Source: Flavobacteriales bacterium
Lineage (GTDB): Bacteria; Bacteroidota; Bacteroidia; Flavobacteriales; Weeksellaceae
DNA: 64,000 nucleotides
Assembly: GCA_900770875.1 (NCBI GenBank)
Contig: CAAGLV010000077.1
Location: 1,135-65,134 of the forward strand
Direction: 5' to 3'
The position numbers were made by a program, and so were the translations under genes. Position 1 is the stretch's first letter. Each line of letters begins with the position of its first letter. This document shows, piece by piece, positions 46,029-58,000 of the stretch. The notes below the pieces were generated by a model. That model worked only from the letters and a program-made list of their open reading frames with translations. It was not told where the DNA came from and searched no databases.

Positions 46029-49000
46029 TTATAATTTACTAATCATTCCAAGTGCCGGAGGAGTCGTTAATTTATAACCTAAGCGATCTACATCAAAAAA
46101 GATATTAGTATCACTAGCAAGGTCGTTTACGTATTTATTATCAGCTCCTGCCGTAGCTAAAGCTCCTGCCGTAGCTAACATTCCAAATCCCATAAGCCCA
46201 GAGTAGAATTTTCTTTTTTCTTCACCCTCGAGAGAGTTTACATACTTTTTAAAATCTGCTGGTTTCATTTTACCTATAACAGCTTGCTGAATAACATTAT
46301 AAACTTGTCTGTAAGCTCCAATATGGTCTTGACCATATATGTTCTTATCTTTAGCTCCAAAGTTGTTATATATAACAGTTGGAATATGTCTAGAGAATTG
46401 TAACATCATTCTTCCCCAAGAATACATTTGAATCATTCTTTGATCAGTTGCTTGATATCCTTTTCCATGAGATAACTTTACTTTATCCTCAAGCATATTT
46501 AATTCTTCAACAGACAACCCATCTTTTCCATTAGCTAATATTTTATTCCATTGGTCGTCCGAAAGCATACCTAAGAAGTGAACACCTTGTATCCATCTTT
46601 CAGAGTATGTCATAGGAGTTAAAGCAATATTCATAAAGAAATTTTCTAACGAATTTTTGCGAGTAATACTAACATCTTCATAAATGTTAATATCCATAAA
46701 TCCAATTTCCTTTAAAATTTGATTAGCTTCTCTTACACCTTTTAACGGGTCCTTTAAACTAAACTTCCCACTTTTCCCCAACCAAAATCTTTTCTCACCT
46801 TTAACCCAATCTTTTCCTCCTGCATTCGCTATGTTATTAAATTTTCCGTTTAATACATTTCCAATAGCATAAAGACCACTACTTAAAGCAAGACCTTTAT
46901 ATCCTAACCAATAAACCAAAGAACCTCTTGTAATAAAATCAATCACTTTATCAGACGAAATTCCGATCGCTTTTAACGCATCGGGAGTCCAAGTGTTATT
47001 TTTCTTAACACCTTTCAAGAAATTATCTTTCCAAATTGACTGCACATATTCTTTCATATTAGATTGCCCTTTAGTATCTAATAAAGCTAAAGCTCCGTCA
47101 ATCATAGGTAACATAGATTTCATACCAGAGAAATTATCATTACCATTAATAAATAAAGTAGAGTGAATATAATCACCAAAAGCTTTATTTAAGTCTAATG
47201 TAACGAAGTTATTAGATTGCTTACTTCCAGAATTAAAGAATCTATCAGAGAAGTTTTCTCCAATAACAGTTCCGGCTGTAATATCGCTAGTTTCTATTCT
47301 TGTTCCATCTTCATTGATACCTTGCTTTAATAATTTTAAAGCTTTTTTTCTAAGCTTAAATAATTGTTGAGCATTAGAAGTTTTATTTCCTTTCGCTATA
47401 ATATCATTTGAGAAAAAGAATTCTACATCCCTCATAGAAGCGTTCATAATTTCCTCTCCAGTATTCGGGTCTACAAAGTTTATCTTTACATCACCTAAAC
47501 CACTTTCGATAGGTTTAGACACGTTCATTAACCCTAATAATCCACGTCTTGAGAAAGCTTCCATTTGCCCCGGCGATACGTGAGGAATAAATCCACTACC
47601 TTCACCTTTCTTTAAATTTTGGTGCTTAACTAAATCATTAAAAATTTCTCTAGTAGCTTTATAAAATGCTAATTGAGCGTCAGAAACATTACCTTCTAAA
47701 TGTTCTTTTATAATTTGGCTTTCATCTTTATAACGAAGAACTTTCATTTCATAAGACTTTCCTTTAGGATCAGTTTTCTGAACATTATCATAAGTAATCA
47801 AAGGGCCATATAACTTAGTGTAAAATTCTTCTTTATTCTTGAACAAGTAATCGATTAAAGCTTTTATTTTATCAATGATAGTTCCGTCTTTAATAGCGTA
47901 TCCAAGTTGCTCTTTATAAAGCGCGTTAGTAGCATCTTGTAATTTATTTTGATACAAATTCTGCTCTTTACTGAAAGTCTTATAAGCGTTTTCCATGTGT
48001 CTAACAATACCTTGTACCATTGGATGATTAGAGGGGATGTTATCAGACATAAAATACTTTTGAACTACGGAAATATCTCTACCGTCAGATTTAGTTTGAG
48101 TGTATTTTTCAGTTTGTTCATCACCAATTCTTTTAGCTACCTCTTTGGCAAGAGGTGTTAAGATATTAGCATAAGCATATTGGTCTTTATTAGCATAATT
48201 ATTATACAAGTTAAGTATACGTTCCGTAGACATATCCTTAATTGTATTTTCATTTATGGTTTTATAATCTTCATCAGCCAACTTTTTTTCTCTTAGATAA
48301 TAATTATAAGCAGAGCTTCTATCAGCTTCGCTGACGAAGCTAGGATACTCCATAGCTCCGTCAAACTGCTGTCTATTCATTTTGTTTTCGAATAGAAAAA
48401 AATCTTTTTTAAATCTGAAATTAGACGAACCACTTTTTGTATGCTCTATCCATTGGTTATAAGAAGCTGGGTTGTTTAATTTCTTAGTCTTTTCAAGAGG
48501 ATCGTTATTCTTAATATCTGAATCTTTAATAGAAGTTAATTTCTCATATCCAATATCTCCTTTATAAGCATCTCTGATTTCTTCAATAATAAAGTTACTA
48601 TTCCCTTTTTTGAACATATCTTTAGCCATCTCAGAAACTATATAGAAGAATCTATCATCGTTGTTAGATATTTTCTTTTCTCTGAATTTAGAAATTTGTT
48701 CTCCGTTAAAACCTTTAAACTTAACAAAGAATTTCTTTTTACTGTCCTTATCGTAATAAAAGAAAGTTACAGCTTCTCCATTCTTCATTTTTCGCCAAAT
48801 CTTATTAGCTACTTCTCCTTCTTTAGCTTTCAAGAAGATTGAATTAAGCATCGGTCTGCCTTCTTTATTCTTAGGGAAAGGATTAAAGACAATGCTATCA
48901 TAAAATGATTGATTCTTTTCTGCTAAAGATATTTCCATGTCGCGTTTAACTCTTGGAGATATACTTTGGTTATCTTTATTCTTAACATCAAGGTCAGATA

Positions 49001-52000
49001 ATCTAGAAATTTCTTTCTTGAAATTATCATCCATAATATGGAATAAAGATTTTCGGCCTTCCCACCCGTTAACCATCATATCGTAAAGCATTAAATCTTT
49101 TTTCAACTGATTATCTAAAGCGTTAAATTCAGCTCTAACAAGTTCTTTCTCTTGCTCCGTAGTGTTCTCATTATAATAAGACGAACGTAAAGAGATAAAC
49201 TTATTATTACCTTCTGTAACTACAGATAAAGCTTGAGAGAATAATAAAGAAGCATCGTAAGCTGTAACAGTATTATGAATATTATTGCCACTTAAAATAA
49301 TATTCCTTTTCTCTGTAATAATTTTAGAAATTCTATTATATAAGTTGTTTGGATTATTAGGGTCCGTTAAAGATTCTTTATACTCTTGAGAAATATTATT
49401 AAATCCTAATAACCTTGATAAAGCAACTCTTTCCATATCCGCGTGGATTTGCTTTTTCTGGTTTTCTCCAATCATCTTTGTACTTGATGATGTGATTTTA
49501 CCAAAAATATCTTTATAGTCTTTTCTTGATACAGGATCGAATTTCTCTCTAACAGATAAAGCTGTTTTAGCAACTTCGATATAATTCTGAACAAGAGGAT
49601 TATTTTTAATATCGCTTGAAATATTTAAAACTTGATTTTGTTTATCATTATTTAATAAGGTTTCGATTTTCTCAATCTGCTCTGTCAAGACAAAAGGATC
49701 AGTTTCAATTCTGTTATGACCTCCCATAATCTTAGATAAATCACTCATATCAGATTTAACTTTAGACATTAAAGAGATTAAAGCTTCGATAGAAGAATCA
49801 TTTTTCTTAGAATTAATATCAGCAGTATTAATGTTGATATCGGCTTCCGAATCTAATTCCATATTAGCTTCTGCAGGAGTAAACATATTTCTCTTAGAAG
49901 CTACCTTAGAAACGTATTCTTTATACTTGTTAGAATTTAAAATTAAACCAACAGTTTTTAAATCAAATCCTAAATTTGTTAAGATTAAAGAATCGCCAAC
50001 AGTCTGCTCATTAATACCTAATCTATCAGCATATTGGTATTTAGCATTATCTAAAATAATGTTGAATATTTTAGCTGAATCGATAGTTCTACTTCTTTGA
50101 GCATTACTATAATCAGTAAACGTATCTACTATTCTACCATCAATAATTATTTTCTTAGCAATACTTGTATTATAAGAAGCTAACATACTTAAGAAAGAGT
50201 GATAGTTTGCTGCGGAACCTACATTATTTTTAGAAACGATAGTATCATTAAAAGCTTGACGTCTTGATTTAGGAGAACCGATTAAAGACTTATCTTTCGT
50301 TGAACCTAATTGATTTTCGATATCAGTTAACGCAGCTTTAGTTTCATCTTCGAAATCAATTCGCTTTGTAATTTCATCGCGCATATCTGCCGACATCCAT
50401 TGCTTAACAATTTTATCAAAGATTTTATTAAACTTACTACCCTCTTGTTTATGCTGAATAAAAACTTGATCTCCATCATAATCTCCACCAGTTGTATTTA
50501 AAGCGAATTCCGAAGGTAATTGAGTTTGTGAACCATTTGTAGTGTCAAAATCAATTACCTCAAAAATACCTGTAGATTGAGGACCATGCGAAGGTACACG
50601 AGTAGCAGAAATTAAATCTCCCGGAACATAAAATCCAATAACAAAACCTTTTTTGTTTAAGACTTTGTAATTATCCATGTATTCTTCAACAGACATTTTT
50701 TTGTCAATTCTTCCTTCTTCCTTAGCATACTTCATTAAAGACTGAGCGTACTTCTGTGCTTGCTCTGGATGACCGTAACCAAATTCGGGAGCAGCATAAT
50801 AACTAAGTTTAGTTTTATCTGAATTATCAAAAATATGATACTTACGTGCTTTAACTTTATTAGCCATATATTTCGGAACTACGGCCTCTCCAGGGCGTGT
50901 TGTCCCATCTTCATTTACACTATAGAATTTTAAATTATCTCCTTTGTATTTATTAATTCTGTCTATTTCTGACATATCAGCTCTCTTAGATAAAGCTTCG
51001 TAAGCGTCTATTTCAGATTGGGATAAATTAGATTTATCCATTTCTAAATAATTCGCGTATTTAATTGTATCAGCAGATACGTTAGTAAATACTTCAATAT
51101 CGTTACCTTCTAAATCAGTAGCTCTTTTAATGTGCTTCGCTGGTTTTTGTTGAGCGATAGTTCCCGGAGTTTTTAATTTATTACCACTTTGACGAATACG
51201 ATTCATAAAAGTATTAACAGCTAATAAACGAACAGCAGGAGTATTTAAAGAAAGCCCTTGATTCAGTAAATCCATTTGTAGAGTATCAACAAAATCTTCG
51301 TCGATAGAATCTTTAAAATGAGCTTGTATTTCTTCTAAAGTTCCGTTTTGAAGAACGTCGACAGAATCCATTAATTGCTCGTTTTGTAAAGCAACGATAT
51401 CGTTTTGGATTTCTTCTAAAGCTTTTAAGTTTCCATTTAAACTTCCGTTCGTTGTAATAAACTTAGATAACTGAACAGGCATGTTAATTTGATTTCTAAC
51501 CTTATCTAAAGAGTTTTGGATAATTAAATTAGAACCGTCTAAACCTACAAATTGATTTCCGCTATAATAAGCTTCATTAAATAATTGATGAATATGAGAA
51601 TCATTGTTTGAACCATTTTCTAAATAATCATCTAAAGTGAATTTAGAACTATCCTCAGTAAAGCTTTTTGGTAACACAGTTTGTTTAGCTGCATTTTTAA
51701 CTTTCACAGATGACATAGGAACAGCTATAACTAAATGAGATTGATTAGATGAAGTTAAACTTTGCTCATAAGCTTCTTTACCAACTTTACTAATATATTG
51801 TTCTCTACGTTTAAGCATAGCTTCGTAAAGACCTCTTAATCTTGGGTTACGTTTAACAACTTCTTCGCTTAAAATTGTTGTATAGCCTTTATCATAAAAG
51901 TTCTTCCCTTTAAACAATGGATTCTGTTGTTCCATACCAGCATGAAGTAATTTATAACCTAATCCTAAGTTCATTAAATTACCAAAAGCATCTTGAATTC

Positions 52001-55000
52001 TTTGTGCGTCTTCCTCAAGGATATACATACCAGAATCATCCATACTATCAGATAAACCTTCTTCTTGATCGTCTTTAAACCATAATGTTTCAAACTTTGT
52101 GTTTTTAAAATTAAACCCTGGCGATCTTAAAGCTTTAGCACGCTTACCTAAATCGGCCCCCGAAACATCAGGTAACATCACTTGGTTAAATTGTGTTTGA
52201 TTCATAAAATGATTAAACACATATTGATTAACTATTTCTTCACCTTTTAAATTTAAAGCAGTTTTATCTTCATTTAAAAAAGGCTGCATTGTAGCCATAT
52301 CTACAAATGCATTAATATTGCTATTCATAAAATCTAACTCATCAGCGATATCTTTTTCTAAAGCTTTTTTAAGTTCCATAGGAGTTAATTGATTTTCTTT
52401 AGTTTGAAAACTATTGTAAGCATTAACTGTATGAATAAAGTATTTAGACTGCTCTCCTGAAAAAACAATTTTACCATTCTTTAACGAAAAGTAATCTTGA
52501 GTTTTTAACTTCGGAACTTCCATCAAATAAGATACTGGAGAATCAGAATATCTACCTGTATCCATCATATAAGTAGAAGTTCTATTTCCTGTTTGCAAGA
52601 ACATTAAAAACTCATTAATCGAGTTATCGTTCGCGCTGTTTTTAGAGAAATCAGAGTAATTACCGTCTTTATCATTCTTAACACCTAAGAATTGAGCAAT
52701 CTTAACATCTTGTCCAGAATTAGCTCTTTCATAAAAACTTTCTAAGAATTTATTAGACATTAACCCTTCACCTCTTTGACGAGAGTATTTACGAATAAAT
52801 CCTTGAACTTTCATAGAACGCGCGTCTTGGTTCATTTCATCAAGTTTACGCATTAAAGCATTTTGGATTTGCCTTGATGGAACTTGATTACCTTCTGCGT
52901 TTAATACCGTAAAATCAGCTTTATTCTTTCTATCCGTAACAACTAAACCACGAATAATTTTTCTTAAAATAGGATCGACTTCTGTTTTTACTTTTCCGTT
53001 TTTAAGTACTGGTTTATTATCTAATCCAACAACCGGCTTAAAGATATTATTTTGGCTTAAATCATAATCTAAAGCATACTTAACAAGAACAGAATCTAAT
53101 GCTCTATTCTTACCGTCAATAACAATCTTATTATCAACTAACAGATTTTTATTTCCTCCTAAGAAGCTTGTTATAGCTAATAAATCAGAATCAGTGAAAT
53201 TATCACTTTGAATATTTCTAACTGCTTGAGCAAACTTATCGTATTGACCTACGTGGAATTGAATTAAATTTTCATTAGAAACTTTATAGTTATCCATAGA
53301 GTTCCCAGTGAATTTTCTGAAAGCAGAAACAGCAGCTATTACGTTTTGGAAATTTCTTTCATCTAAAAATTTCTCGCGCATACTTAATGAAGATTGTACA
53401 TCTACCTTACCATCTTTATTGATGTAAGTTTGCACAGAATCTACATTCTTCATATCCTTAGCAAGCATCCAGAAACTATTTAAATAAGTGTACTTATCAT
53501 TTGCTCTTGTAGTGTCTAAGAAATCATTAAACTCAAACATTTCTTCAAACTCCGAGTTCTCGATCAAACTAATAAATTCATTTGCCGATTTTGCCGAAGC
53601 AGCTAAATCGTGTAAATCAACCATTAAAGCATCACCATTAAAAGTAGGAATCTCCCACTTATCTCCGGATTTTCTTTGATTTAAATAACGACTTCTTAAC
53701 GATTTGTTATAAACTTTAGAGAATGATTTAATAAGAGCAGAAGTTTTATTTAAATAAAGAGTTCTATCCTTATCGAATAAGTTTTCGTTTCTACCTTCTT
53801 CTAAATTATTTTCTAATTGTTCTTCTTCTTGATTGTCTTGAGAAACAACTTTTTTAGTTTTCGCAGAATTAATCCTACGATCAATTTGAGTTTCATTTTG
53901 AATTCGTATTTGCTCTCCAATTAATTTTTCATGATTTTGCTGTGCTATTTCAGCTTCAGTTAATCTTTTGTATCTAATTGAAGGGTTTGTATAGTTCTTA
54001 GAATTTGAACCTTTTAAAAAGGCTTGAATTACCTTTTCTTTTTTATTAAATAACTTTCTTTGATTAGAATCAGTTAAACCATCAACATATCTTTCTAAGA
54101 TAGATGTAGTAGGGTCCTCCTCTTTCATCATATCTTCAGCTTGACCTTTGATAGTTTTAATCCAATTCTTTAAAGCATTACCAACTCTCCTTAAATAATC
54201 TACACCTGTTTTACGTTCGATGAATCTACGTAAAGCAGAACGTTTATCTTTAGGTTCGTCAGAGTTCATAGCAGCTTTCTCCTCATCAGTATATTCTTCA
54301 AAGAATTTGTTTTTATACTGTAAGTCGAATTGGTGCTCCATATTAATAGCGAATAACTCATCTATTAATATTTCTTGTTGGTCCATTGGCATTTCTTCAA
54401 TAATACCATCAGTAATAAGCTTATCTAACTCTTGCTTTAATTCAGCATCAGATAATTTAAAACCTAACTCTTTGTGAATTCTATCAACAAGGTTTTGATA
54501 AGTTTCAGTTTTAAAATCTACACCAGGAAATTTTCTTCCTTTGAAAGTTTTATTAATACGATAAAGAACTTGATCTTGATAATTTTCTTTTACAAATTTT
54601 ATAAGTTCTTTATTTTTTAATAATTCTTTTATTAAGGCTTTTGTAGCTCGAGTGTTTCTAGATAAATTAAAATGGATATGCGCTACTTCATGGAAGAAAT
54701 CTTTATTATTATTATCCCAAGTTTCAGTATCTACGAATATCATTCCGTTTACGGCTAATGCTGTTGCAGGAATACCCATAGTTTTATACATACCATCGAT
54801 AGTAGAAACTAAGATATTTGCATTAGGATACATAACCTCTAATCTTCGTTCTACTGCTCTAACTTGACTTAATCTTGAAGGTGGATATAAATGATGATTG
54901 ATATCTACGCCACGATTAATAATTTTATTACTTCTTGTCTTAGCTGCTTCATAAAGCTTTTGAGTAGCTTCTTTAATAGACTCTCTTTTAAGCTTATTAT

Positions 55001-58000
55001 AAAGCTTAGGATACTTTTCTTTTAACTTATCTAAGTTATCTTTTAAAAATTTTTTTGTAGCCTCAGTAGCAGTTCCTTTAGCTTCTTCTTGTAAAGCTTC
55101 TTCAATCTTCTGTTCTTGACTTTTTTCCTCTTCAATCTTCTGTTCTTGACTTTTTTCCTCTTCGTTTTGAGTAACTTCTTCTTGATTTTCATCAAGTTCG
55201 TTTTCAGTATCTACAGCTTCAAACTCATCAATAGATTTAGATTCTTCGTCTTTTTTAATTCGTCTACGTTCGTTAAACTCGTCTAACTTACGTCTACGTT
55301 CTTCAATTTTAGATTCTTTAGACGCTTTAGCTCTACGTTTAGCAGAACGATCAAAGTATGCTTTTTCCTCAGCAGACAAAGAATCAGAATCGACAACAGC
55401 TTTTTCCAAAGACTCAGTAGGATTAGCTAAATTATTTTCAGAAGCAATCTCTTGGAACACTTCCGGATATTTAGCTACAGCTTCTACTTCTTTCGGGTTT
55501 AAAGCTTGATTTTCTTTTATAGCATCAACAGCCGATTCAATCATTCCTAATTCGATCGCCGATTGCTCAAATGCATCCTCATCCTCTAATAAATCAAAAT
55601 CATTATCAGTAAGAATATCAAAATCATTACCGCTTGCTTTTAATCTACGAACTAAATCTACTCTAGCTTTAGATTGCTCATCAGCATTTTCATATTGTTT
55701 CGCTGTAATACCATTTGTAGCATGATTAACTTTAGAATTAATAACATCTTTTTTCTTATTAAAGATTTCTTCTTCTTCTTGAGTTAAAACTTCGTTATCT
55801 ATTTTCTTACGCGCGATTTCATTTAAAATTCCAGAAGAAACAGTACCATCTTTTTGGAACTGTTCATAAGCTTGTGGAGTAACTTGTTCTAAATTACTTT
55901 CATCATATTTACGCTCTTTTGCATTATTTTTAGCTTTTTCTAATTTTTCAGCCGTTGTATTTAAAACTTTAGCTGCAATCTCAGTAGCTTTTGAGTACAA
56001 ACTCTTAGCTCCATCAACAACCGTATCTAATGTAGATTTATTTTCTGAATTTTCATTAGTGGATTGATCTCCGTCAACCATTTGATTAACCATAGCATTA
56101 GCCTGTCTACGTAATTGATTTCTCATATTAGCAGTAACAATCTGCCCTTGATTCATATCCTTACGTTTTATCTTAGGATTAACACCTTCTTTAGCCATAT
56201 CAGGATCAAGGTAATTATCAATCATAATTGCTGGCTTACCTGCTAATAATTGCTGTTGGTTATTTTGAGAAACAATAATTTTCTTTGCTAATAATTCAGC
56301 AGAGTCTTTAAAATTTTTCTTTTCATTAGCAATCGCGTTTTTTAAATCAGAAGGGTTTTTTATGTTCTTTTGGTGGAAAGCGATCGCATCTAACATCTTT
56401 TGATGTAAAGTATTGATTTGGTCATTAGCAGCGATTTCTTCTGCAAAGTTATCCATAAAAGCTACTTTACCATTCAAAGATTCGATACCTCTAACCTCAT
56501 TAGCCTTTTGAGCTAACTTGTCAAAGTTCCCCTGGAAGTAACTTAAATCTTCTTCTGTAATAACACCTTTTTCAGCTAAATGATTTATGAAAGGAACAAA
56601 TAAATCTTCCTTATTTTGCATAATCATTTCACTCATTGTAGAGTTAATATGATGAATTTTAGCTGCATCATCTTCTGTACCTTTAATCGATGAACGAGAT
56701 AAGTTTTCAGCACGATTATACATGTTGTAAGCTTGATCTGCATTCTTGTTGATAACTTCATTAATATTAAAAGTCCCACCCATTAAAGCACCTAAAATAC
56801 CAGAGAGGTTTCTTGTTGTTTTATTTTCGTCTGAAATATAATAATCCATAAAACTACCAAGCTTACCAGACTCTTTCATTGATTTTGGAAGTGTACCTTG
56901 ATAATGCTCGAACGAACCTGTTTTTTCGTAGAAAGCTTTTAACTTAGCCCAATCCTCCCAAGACTCTTGAAATGACTCTTCTACACCTTCTAATGTAGCT
57001 TGACCTGATAATTTAGCTAATCTACCTGGTAAGTACTTCTGAGAATTAGAGAATAGCTTACTAATCTTTTTAATTGGCTCTATAGAGCTGTTTTCTAAAC
57101 CTGCTTTTAACGCATTGTTTTTACCATAAACTAACATGAATGAAGCAATATCAGCACCCATATAAGCCATTTGATTTAACAATGTATTTCTTGCCATTTC
57201 TCCAGCTTCTTGAGGAGTGAATAAAACTTCTCCTGTTTTTGGATCAGTAAGGTTAGCATAAGTGTTATAAACTTCGGTTCCGTTCTGCATACCAAGTTTA
57301 ACATTCATTGCAGCACCTCCGGCAACACCATTAGAAATTTCTCCAAATGTTTTTGTGTATTTACCTGTATCAGTAAATACTCTAGACATTACACCAGAAC
57401 CACTACCAGCAACTTCATTAGCTCCACGTTTAGCACCTTGATAAACACCTTGAGTAGTTCCTTTAACTTCACCTAAAAGACCTTTAGCTCTTGAAGTATA
57501 TCTAGCTGCATTTTTAGCTGCTAATTCACCACCTTCTTGAGCTACTTCTTTTAATAAAAGTTTAGAAGCTGCTTTTTGACCTACTTTAGAAGCTAAACCT
57601 CCGACTCCATGACCTATAGCTATAGTGTCAATAAGTTGAGGTATCATTTTAGGAGCCTCTGTTAACCAGAAATCAGGGTTAGAAATTAAATCAATTAAAT
57701 CGTTTTGTTTAGATAAATCTAAAGATTCTCTTGTATCCATTGCTCCTTTTTCGTGAAGTAAATCACCAATCATTTGCAATGGATTCTCAGACCAACCTTC
57801 ATTACCATTTAAAAAACCTAAAGAGCTTGCATACTGCAATGCATCACCCATACTTTTAACAACATCACCTGTACCATTAATTAAAGATTTACCAATCTTA
57901 GAAGCCCAATTCTCATGCAACCAATCTAAGTCTTGAGAGCCTTCAATCTCTTGTGGCTCGTAAGCATTAAAGTCTTGATTCTTCGCGTACTTCTCTGAAT

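Noticed and set aside
47949..54867. Several 60-90-aa plus-strand ORFs inside the RNAP gene
   Set aside because: Antisense shadows with no start context or motifs
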